Positions 33,280 through 40,054 of a stretch of DNA of 54,750 nt are shown piece by piece. Source of the DNA: a virus; the IMG/VR virus record IMGVR_UViG_3300022936_000001; one strand, 5' to 3'. Both the position numbers and the translations under genes were made by a program. The number at the start of each line of letters is the position of its first letter. Position 1 is the stretch's first letter. The notes under the pieces are model-generated. The model searched no databases. It saw only the letters and a program-made list of their open reading frames with translations, and was not told the DNA's origin.

Positions 33280-33601
33280 TTAGATGAAGAACTGACCTAA
33301 AGCTGAAGCTATATCCTTTATATCAATTAATTTTTTATAAAACTCATCTACAGATAAATTGCCCGGAGGGGATAAAATAGATTCATCGGTAACCACTTTA
33401 TTTCCATTAGTAGATATTAATTTCCAGAATTTAATCTTTTTTTATAGAACCCTCTGAGCTATCGTTGAGTACTATATATTTAATTCCTTTATAAATACAC
33501 CAACCTCTGACACAATATTTATCTATATCTTTCGGTGATAAATCCTCTACCTGAGCCATGAGGCCTGCTGTGATTTTCGCTTTTTTAATCTCTATTATCA
33601 T
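33280..33601 (-). CDS. hypothetical gene interrupted at an A7 homopolymer (56-aa 0-frame product; about 106 aa if shifted +1)
   Basis: The 0-frame reads ...TCT ATA AAA AAA GAT TAA (stop 33431..33433). The +1 frame continues IKFWKLISTNGNKVVTDESILSPPGNLSVDEFYKKLIDIKDIASALGQFFI to 33280 without an ATG. Confidence 0.5.
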
Positions 33602-33603
33602 AA

Positions 33604-34371
33604 TTATTCTATTTCTAAATTATCGTCATACGGTTTTTCTGTAGGCTGCGGGATAAAATCGTTAAATATTAATATAGCTTCTGTATGCCCTAAATCCCGG
33701 CTTATAGTATCGAACAACTTCTTTGCCTGAGCTTCATAATAAGCGTCTTTTTTCTCCTTAAAATAAACCCTTATAAAATCATTGTAGTACGAAACCTGAA
33801 CCTTTTTATTAGTAAATCTGTTTATCTGTGTAGCGTAAACCCTAACGGTCTGCACGCCTACATCTGCCGGATCTAAATCCAGATAATCAGCTCCAGAGTT
33901 CAAAGCCGATTCCATTCTCTTATAAACGGACTCTTTTTTCTCCCTGGTATCGAGTAAAAAAACGCCTTTTTCAGGCAGGGATTTAAAATTTATCCCAATA
34001 GATTTGCAGTAATTACCAATATACCGGCTTAATTTTGGACTAAATTCGACCTCTAAAAATGATTTTTCAGCCAGTACTTTTTGGCATATAGACTTAAAAT
34101 TTAAATCATTTTCGGTTAGTATTGCAGGGGATTCTGAACGATCCAACCACCTTATTCTATAGGTATCTTCTACCTCATGTTCGTCCCATCCGTCGATGGT
34201 TTTAGTGAAATCACAGATATTTGATTTATGAAAAGCCACTAATAAATCAATATATTCCTTAGTTTGTTCTACTAAATTTTCATCAGGTATGTAGAAATTC
34301 CTGCTCACGTTACCCATAGATTGAATATTAACAATAACATCGTTAATATTTTCTACATTAATTACTTCCAT
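33604..34371 (-). CDS. hypothetical protein (255 aa) divergent from the AT-rich region (replication/regulatory candidate)
   Basis: Track ORF; no motif recognised. Confidence 0.65.
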   Translation of the reverse strand: MEVINVENINDVIVNIQSMGNVSRNFYIPDENLVEQTKEYIDLLVAFHKSNICDFTKTIDGWDEHEVEDTYRIRWLDRSESPAILTENDLNFKSICQKVLAEKSFLEVEFSPKLSRYIGNYCKSIGINFKSLPEKGVFLLDTREKKESVYKRMESALNSGADYLDLDPADVGVQTVRVYATQINRFTNKKVQVSYYNDFIRVYFKEKKDAYYEAQAKKLFDTISRDLGHTEAILIFNDFIPQPTEKPYDDNLEIE

Positions 34372-34796
34372 AAAAATATAATTTAAAGTTTGAAACGCAA
34401 ATATAACGCATAACTTTTAATCAAAAAAATATTTAACATCATAACTTTAAAAACTTTAAAACATAACATATAACATATAAAATTTAATAATATTAATAAT
34501 TCTATATTTAATATAAATTTAAAATACAATTTTAAATAATAATATAAGATAATATTAATAAAAATTATATTTTATTGTAAATCAGACATATAACCTATTT
34601 TTAACAAATTTTTAAGTTTTACTTTTTGAACTAAATCAGAAAGATACAGAGCCCTATATATATATAAATATTACTTACTTTACTTATATAAGTATAGTAA
34701 TATAATAATATATAATACTATGTCTCTATGTTTTTGAAGCAAAAAATACAACAAAAATTTTTTTACGATTTTTCATTGCTATGTGAAAGAGTTTTG
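34372..34796. promoter_or_regulatory. about 425-bp non-coding, visibly AT-rich region with ATAAC iteron-like repeats and palindromes (ori / pac / divergent control region candidate)
   Basis: No credible ORF; at least 7 ATAAC copies; CATAACTTT(T)AA occurs twice; TAATATTAATAA occurs twice; 12-bp palindrome ACTTATATAAGT at 34682..34693. Confidence 0.5.
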
Positions 34797-34804
34797 TATA
34801 TTTG
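34797..34804 (+). promoter_or_regulatory. -7 promoter box TATATTTG for the packaging operon
   Basis: TAnnTTTG 19 nt upstream of ATG 34824. Confidence 0.55.
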
Positions 34805-34823
34805 CCATATCAACATCGAGATT

Positions 34824-35147
34824 ATGAAACCCGAACCTAAGCAGAAATTTATCAACGTACCGGTTAAGCCTGAGGATAAGATACGGCTAACCCAGCAAGC
34901 CAAAGAAAATAAAACTACCGTTGCGGCTATGGTCAGGAAACAGCTTGGGCTTTTAACGCCGGTAATTCTGCTGTGCTTATTTACCGGCTTAACATCATGC
35001 TCAGCAGAACAGGCAGACTGCCACTGCGATGCAGAATACACAACCGGCACAGGAAATTATTTTGTTAACGGCATGCCGATTGAATGCGATACAAAACAGC
35101 CATTGGCAGCGAGTAAATCAGGCGGGTATTTCGTCGGGTGTAAATAA
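34824..35147 (+). CDS. RHH-like domain fused in frame to a lipoprotein signal and a Cys-rich domain (107 aa; nested lipoprotein start possible at 34929)
   Basis: KFINVPVKPEDKIRLTQQAKENKTTVAAMVRKQL (strand-helix-helix pattern) followed by LLTPVILLCLFTGLTSC lipobox. Track ORF start 34728 rejected because the promoter box lies inside it. Confidence 0.55.
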   Translation: MKPEPKQKFINVPVKPEDKIRLTQQAKENKTTVAAMVRKQLGLLTPVILLCLFTGLTSCSAEQADCHCDAEYTTGTGNYFVNGMPIECDTKQPLAASKSGGYFVGCK

Positions 35148-35153
35148 TTAATC

Positions 35154-35705
35154 ATGGAAAAAAAACTAACGATAAAGCAGGAAAAATTTTGTCAGGCTTA
35201 CGCAAGGTTGCTTGACAAATCTGCTGCATATCGTGAAGTTTATGCATCGAAAGGGGGAAGGGCAGAAACAACGCACCAGGAAGCATGTAAGTTAGCTTCA
35301 CTCCCCAATGTAGCCCAAAGGATAGACGAGCTTACAGAGGTAAAGAAAAAAGTAGCCAATACTAAGTTTTCAGTTAGTGCCGAAGAAATGCTAAGGCACT
35401 TGAATATTTTGCGTGAAGCCCGTATCGATGAATATGTTAAATTCGAAGATGGTAATTTAATTTTTAAGGATTTTAAAGACCTCACGCCAAATCAACTTAT
35501 GTGTATTCAAAGCATTAAGCATGGAAAATTCGGAATCGAATTAACGCTGCACGGCAAGGACTGGACCATAGAGAAAATAAACAAACATATCGGGTTCTAT
35601 GAAAAAGACAATGAGCAGAAAAAATCAGAGCAAACCGTTAACTTCGATATGTCTAAAATATCGGATGCCACCCTAAACGAATTAGAAGCGGCATCCGGGG
35701 AATAA
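35154..35705 (+). CDS. terS: terminase small subunit
   Basis: LTIKQEKFCQAYARLLDKSAAYREVYA ... LPNVAQRIDEL resembles the Terminase_2 (P27-type) N-terminal HTH; position upstream of terL. Confidence 0.75.
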   Translation: MEKKLTIKQEKFCQAYARLLDKSAAYREVYASKGGRAETTHQEACKLASLPNVAQRIDELTEVKKKVANTKFSVSAEEMLRHLNILREARIDEYVKFEDGNLIFKDFKDLTPNQLMCIQSIKHGKFGIELTLHGKDWTIEKINKHIGFYEKDNEQKKSEQTVNFDMSKISDATLNELEAASGE

Positions 35706-35738
35706 AAAAAGCCATCACTTAATTATACTGGCTTTTTT
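35704..35738. terminator. bidirectional A/T-flanked hairpin between terS and the convergent minus-strand gene
   Basis: AAAAAAAGCCA ... TGGCTTTTTT; short GC core, so weak. Confidence 0.4.
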
Positions 35739-35758
35739 AATTATTTAAAAAATATAAT

Positions 35759-36079
35759 TTAAGCAAAATACTTAACCCTTGAGTTGATATATTCTGAAAT
35801 GTCTTTTATATTATCATTGATTGATACTGCAATCATCTCTCCTTGAATATCTCTTTTATCTAAGTAAGATTCAAATTCTTTATCTGAAATATTATCATCA
35901 GAAATAACAACGTTTACAATAGCGTCATAGTCTTCAATATCATTAAAGCATTCAAAATTGATAAAGTTAGCCTGGTGGTCAGCTATACGTAACAAAACGC
36001 GATCAATAACAATATATATACTCGCTGTTCTTGCTGAATCATATCCTAAAACTGCTTTAAATAAATCTGAAGTTGTCAT
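35759..36079 (-). CDS. acidic hypothetical protein (106 aa), anti-defence candidate
   Basis: Track ORF; own promoter carrying an operator palindrome. Confidence 0.6.
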   Translation of the reverse strand: MTTSDLFKAVLGYDSARTASIYIVIDRVLLRIADHQANFINFECFNDIEDYDAIVNVVISDDNISDKEFESYLDKRDIQGEMIAVSINDNIKDISEYINSRVKYFA

Positions 36080-36105
36080 AATTGCTTTTGTTTTTATTTC
36101 TTATA

Positions 36106-36113
36106 CAAATATA
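36106..36113 (-). promoter_or_regulatory. -7 box (TATATTTG on minus strand), with -33 TTTG at 36133..36136 and a 19-nt spacer
   Basis: Both Bacteroidota promoter elements present at canonical spacing. Confidence 0.6.
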
Positions 36114-36115
36114 CA

Positions 36116-36129
36116 TTACATATATGTAA
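36116..36129. promoter_or_regulatory. operator palindrome TTACATATATGTAA (copy 1) inside the promoter spacer
   Basis: 14-bp perfect palindrome; the same core occurs at 36835..36850. Confidence 0.6.
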
Positions 36130-36131
36130 CT

Positions 36132-36308
36132 TCAAAGCTTTTCACAATATTTTTTTAAATTATTTTTAAGGTCATTAAAATTAATTTCCGTAAACTTATC
36201 CAGGCTTTTTTTATTCCGGTAAACCTGCTCACTTATATTCATTAACTTAGCCATGCCTTTATGCCCTATGCTAAGATCGTTTTGTATTTTTGTTATTAGT
36301 TCTTTCAT
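36132..36308 (-). CDS. small HTH protein (58 aa), Aca/Cro-like autoregulator candidate
   Basis: Hand translation MKELITKIQNDLSIGHKGMAKLMNISEQVYRNKKSLDKFTEINFNDLKNNLKKYCEKL; GMAKLMNISEQVYRN is HTH-like; below the track cut-off. Confidence 0.5.
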   Translation of the reverse strand: MKELITKIQNDLSIGHKGMAKLMNISEQVYRNKKSLDKFTEINFNDLKNNLKKYCEKL

Positions 36309-36314
36309 TTTTAT

Positions 36315-36587
36315 TTATTTTTTAGCTGCCACAGTATCGAGATAGCACATTACATTAAAATCATTTAGATTATCGCTCTTAACTATTTCTTTTAAATCAA
36401 GAGTAGAACCTGATTTTAACCATTTATTTAGTTTAGATTCTAAAACTGCATCTGATTCGCTTTTGGTTAATAAATCAGAAAGAATATTTATTGCTGCATA
36501 AAAACAACTATCAAGACGTGTCATTGAATAATTTTCTAATTTATCTCTAAATTTACCGGCTAATTTAAATGTTTCTGAGAATGCCAT
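36315..36587 (-). CDS. hypothetical protein (90 aa)
   Basis: Track ORF. Confidence 0.6.
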   Translation of the reverse strand: MAFSETFKLAGKFRDKLENYSMTRLDSCFYAAINILSDLLTKSESDAVLESKLNKWLKSGSTLDLKEIVKSDNLNDFNVMCYLDTVAAKK

Positions 36588-36603
36588 AATTATTGTATTT
36601 AAA

Positions 36604-36621
36604 GGGAGGTGTTAACCTCCC
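36604..36621 (-). other. intercistronic GC hairpin (GGGAGGT-GTTA-ACCTCCC)
   Basis: 7-bp perfect stem with a 4-nt loop, 16 nt upstream of ATG 36587; no strong T-run. Confidence 0.5.
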
Positions 36622-36629
36622 TGTTATTT

Positions 36630-36794
36630 TTATTTTTCAAATCTTGCTTGCAGGTTAGGCATTGTAAATAAAGGCAAACCCTCTAACACCCTGGCTTCAT
36701 TCATTAAAGTAAAGCATGTGTAAGCTTTTTTGTAGCTTTTGTTTTTTAAAGCTCCGTTCATTTGCGCTTGTAGTAGTTGAGAATCTGTTTTCAT
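36630..36794 (-). CDS. hypothetical small protein (54 aa), first gene of the cassette
   Basis: Hand translation MKTDSQLLQAQMNGALKNKSYKKAYTCFTLMNEARVLEGLPLFTMPNLQARFEK. Confidence 0.45.
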   Translation of the reverse strand: MKTDSQLLQAQMNGALKNKSYKKAYTCFTLMNEARVLEGLPLFTMPNLQARFEK

Positions 36795-36825
36795 AATATT
36801 TAGTTTTATTTGTTTTTCTATACCT

Positions 36826-36833
36826 CAAAGATA
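36826..36833 (-). promoter_or_regulatory. -7 box (TATCTTTG on minus strand) for the cassette
   Basis: TAnnTTTG 31 nt upstream of ATG 36794; TTG about 20 nt upstream on the minus strand. Confidence 0.55.
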
Positions 36834-36834
36834 C

Positions 36835-36850
36835 GTTACATATATGTAAC
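36835..36850. promoter_or_regulatory. operator palindrome GTTACATATATGTAAC (copy 2) inside the promoter spacer
   Basis: 16-bp perfect palindrome. Confidence 0.6.
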
Positions 36851-36877
36851 CTGCAAGTTTTATTTAATTTATTTTGT

Positions 36878-36885
36878 TATATTTG
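36878..36885 (+). promoter_or_regulatory. -7 promoter box TATATTTG for terL
   Basis: TAnnTTTG 7 nt upstream of ATG 36893; this short distance implies a near-leaderless mRNA. Confidence 0.45.
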
Positions 36886-36892
36886 TAACACT

Positions 36893-38392
36893 ATGACTAA
36901 ACAGATTATTTTACCGAAAATCCACGAAGTAAAAGCCGAGCTATGTAAGCGGCGTTTGTTTTATTTCCTTAAGGAATTTTGGGACGTGATAATCAACAAC
37001 CCTTATGAGGACAATTTTAATATCGAATATTTCTGCGATGAGATCCAATTAGTAATCGATAAGTATGTTTTTGAACGACCACCACATATACAGGCAGGGA
37101 AATGGTATCCTACGATTTTAGACGATATTAAAAAAAATCTTGTGGGCAACATGCCGCCAGGTACAACGAAGTCAACGATACTATCCAGGGCTGTACCCGC
37201 GTGGGTGTGGTGCATTGATGATTCAAAATCAATCATGAGTAACACCATATCAGCATCGAACGCCAGCGGGTTCGCTAAAGATTCACTTGATATCATAAAA
37301 TCTGATAAATACAGGCTTTATTTCCCTACGGTGCGCGTGCGCCGGGATGTATCCGCTAAAACCTACTACGAATCAGAAAACGGCGGCATACGGTATTCTG
37401 TTACCACAAACTCTAAATCGAAAACAGGCAAGCACGTTGATTTAATTACTGACGATGACGCGATGGACTACTCAACGGCTCAAAGCCCGGCAGAAGCCGC
37501 AGAATGTATCGAGGGATTTAAGGCGTTGCAGTCCCGTAAAAAAGATAAACGTAAAACGCCATATATTTTATTCATGCAGCGACTGTCTACGAAAGACACT
37601 GCGGGCCATGCGCTGAAAGTACTTAAAGACGACGTAAGGCATTTATGTTTGCCTGCTGAAGATATTTACCAGAATATTAACCCGCCTGAATTACGGAAAT
37701 ATTATATTGATGGTTTGCTAGATCCGAAACGTTTATCACGTAAAGTACTGGCAGACCAGCGCGCCGGGTTACTGGATGACAATAAACCAATTTCAGATGT
37801 AGCGTATAACATCCAGTACAATCAGATAGCGCAATCTGTTGACGGGTTACTATATCCTGAATTAAATTTCGTTGACGCGTTGCCGCCGCGCCGGGGCGAT
37901 GAAATACGTTTAAGTTTTACCGATGTAGCTGATACTGGAGCGGATTATTTCGCCACACCGTTTTTTGAGATAAACGCCGGTAAAATGTATTGGTTCGATA
38001 GTATTTATACGCAGGAGGGTAGTTCTGTTACATCGCCATTATTGAAACGCAAAATACAAGAGCATGGCAGTATTATAAATAAAATGGAGACTAATAACCA
38101 GGGTAGCGTATATGTAACCCTGCTGCAGAACATGGGTGTGCACGTAGAAGGCTACTACAGTTCGGGTAATAAAGCATATCGCATTACATCGTTCGCCCAA
38201 TTCATGAGTAAAATCTACATCGTCAGGGCGAACCCGGTAACGCAGCCGCAGCATAATCAAGCCGTGAAACACCTGCAGGCGTACCCTAAAATCGGCAAGG
38301 CCGAGGACGGACACGATGATATTGAGGATGCTGTAACACAGTTTATCTGGTACATGTATGAAAATTATAAGTATTTGTTTGAAATAAGTTAG
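36893..38392 (+). CDS. terL: terminase large subunit
   Basis: Deviant Walker A PPGTTKST, Walker B-like VDLITDDD, C-terminal nuclease-type GHDDIEDA; size and position before the portal. Confidence 0.8.
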   Translation: MTKQIILPKIHEVKAELCKRRLFYFLKEFWDVIINNPYEDNFNIEYFCDEIQLVIDKYVFERPPHIQAGKWYPTILDDIKKNLVGNMPPGTTKSTILSRAVPAWVWCIDDSKSIMSNTISASNASGFAKDSLDIIKSDKYRLYFPTVRVRRDVSAKTYYESENGGIRYSVTTNSKSKTGKHVDLITDDDAMDYSTAQSPAEAAECIEGFKALQSRKKDKRKTPYILFMQRLSTKDTAGHALKVLKDDVRHLCLPAEDIYQNINPPELRKYYIDGLLDPKRLSRKVLADQRAGLLDDNKPISDVAYNIQYNQIAQSVDGLLYPELNFVDALPPRRGDEIRLSFTDVADTGADYFATPFFEINAGKMYWFDSIYTQEGSSVTSPLLKRKIQEHGSIINKMETNNQGSVYVTLLQNMGVHVEGYYSSGNKAYRITSFAQFMSKIYIVRANPVTQPQHNQAVKHLQAYPKIGKAEDGHDDIEDAVTQFIWYMYENYKYLFEIS

Positions 38393-38400
38393 TATATTTG
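38393..38400 (+). promoter_or_regulatory. -7 promoter box TATATTTG
   Basis: TAnnTTTG 17 nt upstream of ATG 38418. Confidence 0.5.
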
Positions 38401-38417
38401 TGAAAAATATTTAACCC

Positions 38418-38672
38418 ATGAGTATCGAATCAATACACCAAATCCACAAACGCGCCATATCTGGATATGTAGAGCGTAAATCTAAATTCTTGGAATCGTT
38501 TTTATCAGAGCGTATCGGCAGGGAATTAAATCAATCAGATTTCAAAGACATACACGGCGTTCATGACCCTATCGCTATGAGTGAGAAAATTTACTACAAA
38601 GATGAATTTGTAGGGGAGTTTACTACGGTAGTGGAGAATTATACGATTACTATTAATTTTAAACCAGCATAA
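38418..38672 (+). CDS. hypothetical protein (84 aa)
   Basis: Track ORF. Confidence 0.55.
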   Translation: MSIESIHQIHKRAISGYVERKSKFLESFLSERIGRELNQSDFKDIHGVHDPIAMSEKIYYKDEFVGEFTTVVENYTITINFKPA

Positions 38673-38674
38673 CC

Positions 38675-38905
38675 ATGACACAAGAACAATTTAATAAAGC
38701 CGACCTGTTAGATAGGAAAATACAGGAAGCTAAAGAAATAATTGAGTTAGCTTTAGATCATAAACCGGAGAGGGTATTTATACAGCAAGTATTTTTAAAT
38801 ATGATTAAAAACGATCCTGTTCTCAGCTACGAGATATCTAAACTCATAGATGCGCATGTGAGGGCTAAGCTAACTGAATTAGAGAAAGAGTTTGAGGCTC
38901 TTTAA
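38675..38905 (+). CDS. hypothetical coiled-coil protein (76 aa)
   Basis: Track ORF. Confidence 0.55.
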   Translation: MTQEQFNKADLLDRKIQEAKEIIELALDHKPERVFIQQVFLNMIKNDPVLSYEISKLIDAHVRAKLTELEKEFEAL

Positions 38906-38936
38906 ATTTAAAACTACGTAAATACAGGCATAACCC

Positions 38937-39080
38937 ATGAGTATACGAATACCACCACCCCAATCACAAAAACCATTAAGCCGCGTCCAGAAAAATAAAA
39001 ATACGGATACTAAACCCGTCTCAGATACACCTGTGAGCCATTATGCTCCTCCTATACCTGTGCAAAAAAAAGATCAATAA
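38937..39080 (+). CDS. small Pro-rich protein (47 aa), 0-frame product of a candidate -1 frameshift gene
   Basis: Hand translation MSIRIPPPQSQKPLSRVQKNKNTDTKPVSDTPVSHYAPPIPVQKKDQ; contains the in-frame heptamer A_AAA_AAA within the A8 run 39064..39071. Confidence 0.45.
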   Translation: MSIRIPPPQSQKPLSRVQKNKNTDTKPVSDTPVSHYAPPIPVQKKDQ

Positions 39081-39259
39081 AAGAAGGAGAACAGCCAGTT
39101 CCCGACAACAGATACAGCGGCATAGTTTGTCAAGCCGCCTTAAAGGGTTTTGAAGACAAAAACACTTTAAAATTCAGCCCGTATAGTTTCTGGATAGGCG
39201 TGGCTGTATCGTTTTTAATAATCGGAATATCTCTCATAATTTATACCTTATGTATATAA
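39071..39259 (+). CDS. -1 frame extension (62 codons, C-terminal TM) lacking a start codon of its own
   Basis: RSIKEGEQPVPDNRYSGIVCQAALKGFEDKNTLKFSPYSFWIGVAVSFLIIGISLIIYTLCI. No in-frame ATG, and the only GTG lies inside the TM. Its stop overlaps the ATG at 39250 (ATGTATATAA). Confidence 0.4.
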   Translation, partial: RSIKEGEQPVPDNRYSGIVCQAALKGFEDKNTLKFSPYSFWIGVAVSFLIIGISLIIYTLCI

Positions 39260-39423
39260 GAACAGTAATAAAATTTGCCTGGTTTCCAGTATGCATCGGC
39301 TGCAAAATGTATTGGTTTAAATTCTACAAAGAAATCCAACGAGGTAATGATGTTCGCTGTAGAGATACAGGAATATTTATGTATGTAAAATGGATTATGC
39401 AGAGACGGTTTTTACTAAAATAA
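39250..39423 (+). CDS. hypothetical small protein (57 aa)
   Basis: Hand translation MYIRTVIKFAWFPVCIGCKMYWFKFYKEIQRGNDVRCRDTGIFMYVKWIMQRRFLLK. Confidence 0.35.
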   Translation: MYIRTVIKFAWFPVCIGCKMYWFKFYKEIQRGNDVRCRDTGIFMYVKWIMQRRFLLK

Positions 39424-39434
39424 AAATAAAAATT

Positions 39435-39944
39435 ATGATAACACTTATTTTCTTCATACTATTAGGGATATTTATTTCTTATTATTTAACCCGTAAAAAC
39501 TTCGACTCTGCATGGATGGATTTTTCAGAGTATCTATTTAACGGTATGTTTGGTTGTATTTTTGGTCTTGTAGTTGGATTTATTGTTGGATTTTCTATAC
39601 CAACAGAGAAAACAACCGTCACAGATATTTATCAACTTGAATCAATATCTGATAATTCAGGCATTGCAGGCAGTTTCTTTTTAGGGTCTGGAAATATAGA
39701 TGGCGTTATGAAATACTCTTACTATTTAAAATCAGGTGATGAGTATTATTTACGTCAAACCAACGTAAACAATAGCGTTATAAAATATTCAAATACAAAA
39801 ACTATATTAGAGGTTAAGAGAGTAGAAGAAACCGATTACTGGCTAAATTATTTCTCATTAAGTATTAAAGAGCAATACCCAAAGTATATTTTTTACATAC
39901 CAAAAGGATCTATAAAAAATCAGTACAATTTAGACTCTGAGTAG
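39435..39944 (+). CDS. membrane-anchored protein (169 aa; start moved to MITLIFF)
   Basis: Track ORF 39390..39944; two N-terminal hydrophobic segments. The internal ATG 39435 avoids overlap with 39250..39423. Confidence 0.55.
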   Translation: MITLIFFILLGIFISYYLTRKNFDSAWMDFSEYLFNGMFGCIFGLVVGFIVGFSIPTEKTTVTDIYQLESISDNSGIAGSFFLGSGNIDGVMKYSYYLKSGDEYYLRQTNVNNSVIKYSNTKTILEVKRVEETDYWLNYFSLSIKEQYPKYIFYIPKGSIKNQYNLDSE

Positions 39945-39981
39945 AAAATAAAATAATTCCTTGCTTATAACAAATTTTAGT

Positions 39982-39989
39982 TATATTTG
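39982..39989 (+). promoter_or_regulatory. -7 promoter box TATATTTG upstream of the portal gene
   Basis: TAnnTTTG about 105 nt upstream of ATG 40096. Confidence 0.45.
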
Positions 39990-40054
39990 CAATACATTAT
40001 AACATAAAATTAAAATCTGTGAAGATACAGGTTACCCCTCATATTACAACATAC

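Noticed and set aside
34728-34823. N-terminal extension of track ORF 34728..35147 (MFLKQKIQQKFFYDFS...), and similar extensions at 26973, 33195, 39390 and 52343
   Set aside because: The extensions run through TAnnTTTG promoter boxes or AT-rich non-coding DNA, or they create long overlaps. Internal ATGs (34824, 27006, 33153, 39435, 52307) give canonical spacing. Start choice remains unverified.
38410-38950. Shared AACCCATGAGTAT 5' ends of ORFs 38418 and 38937 (and AACCCATG / AACCATG before several other genes) as a repeated mobile element boundary
   Set aside because: Only about 13 nt are identical and similarity decays immediately afterwards. This more likely reflects a preferred A/C-rich translation-initiation context in an SD-less system than a repeat element.
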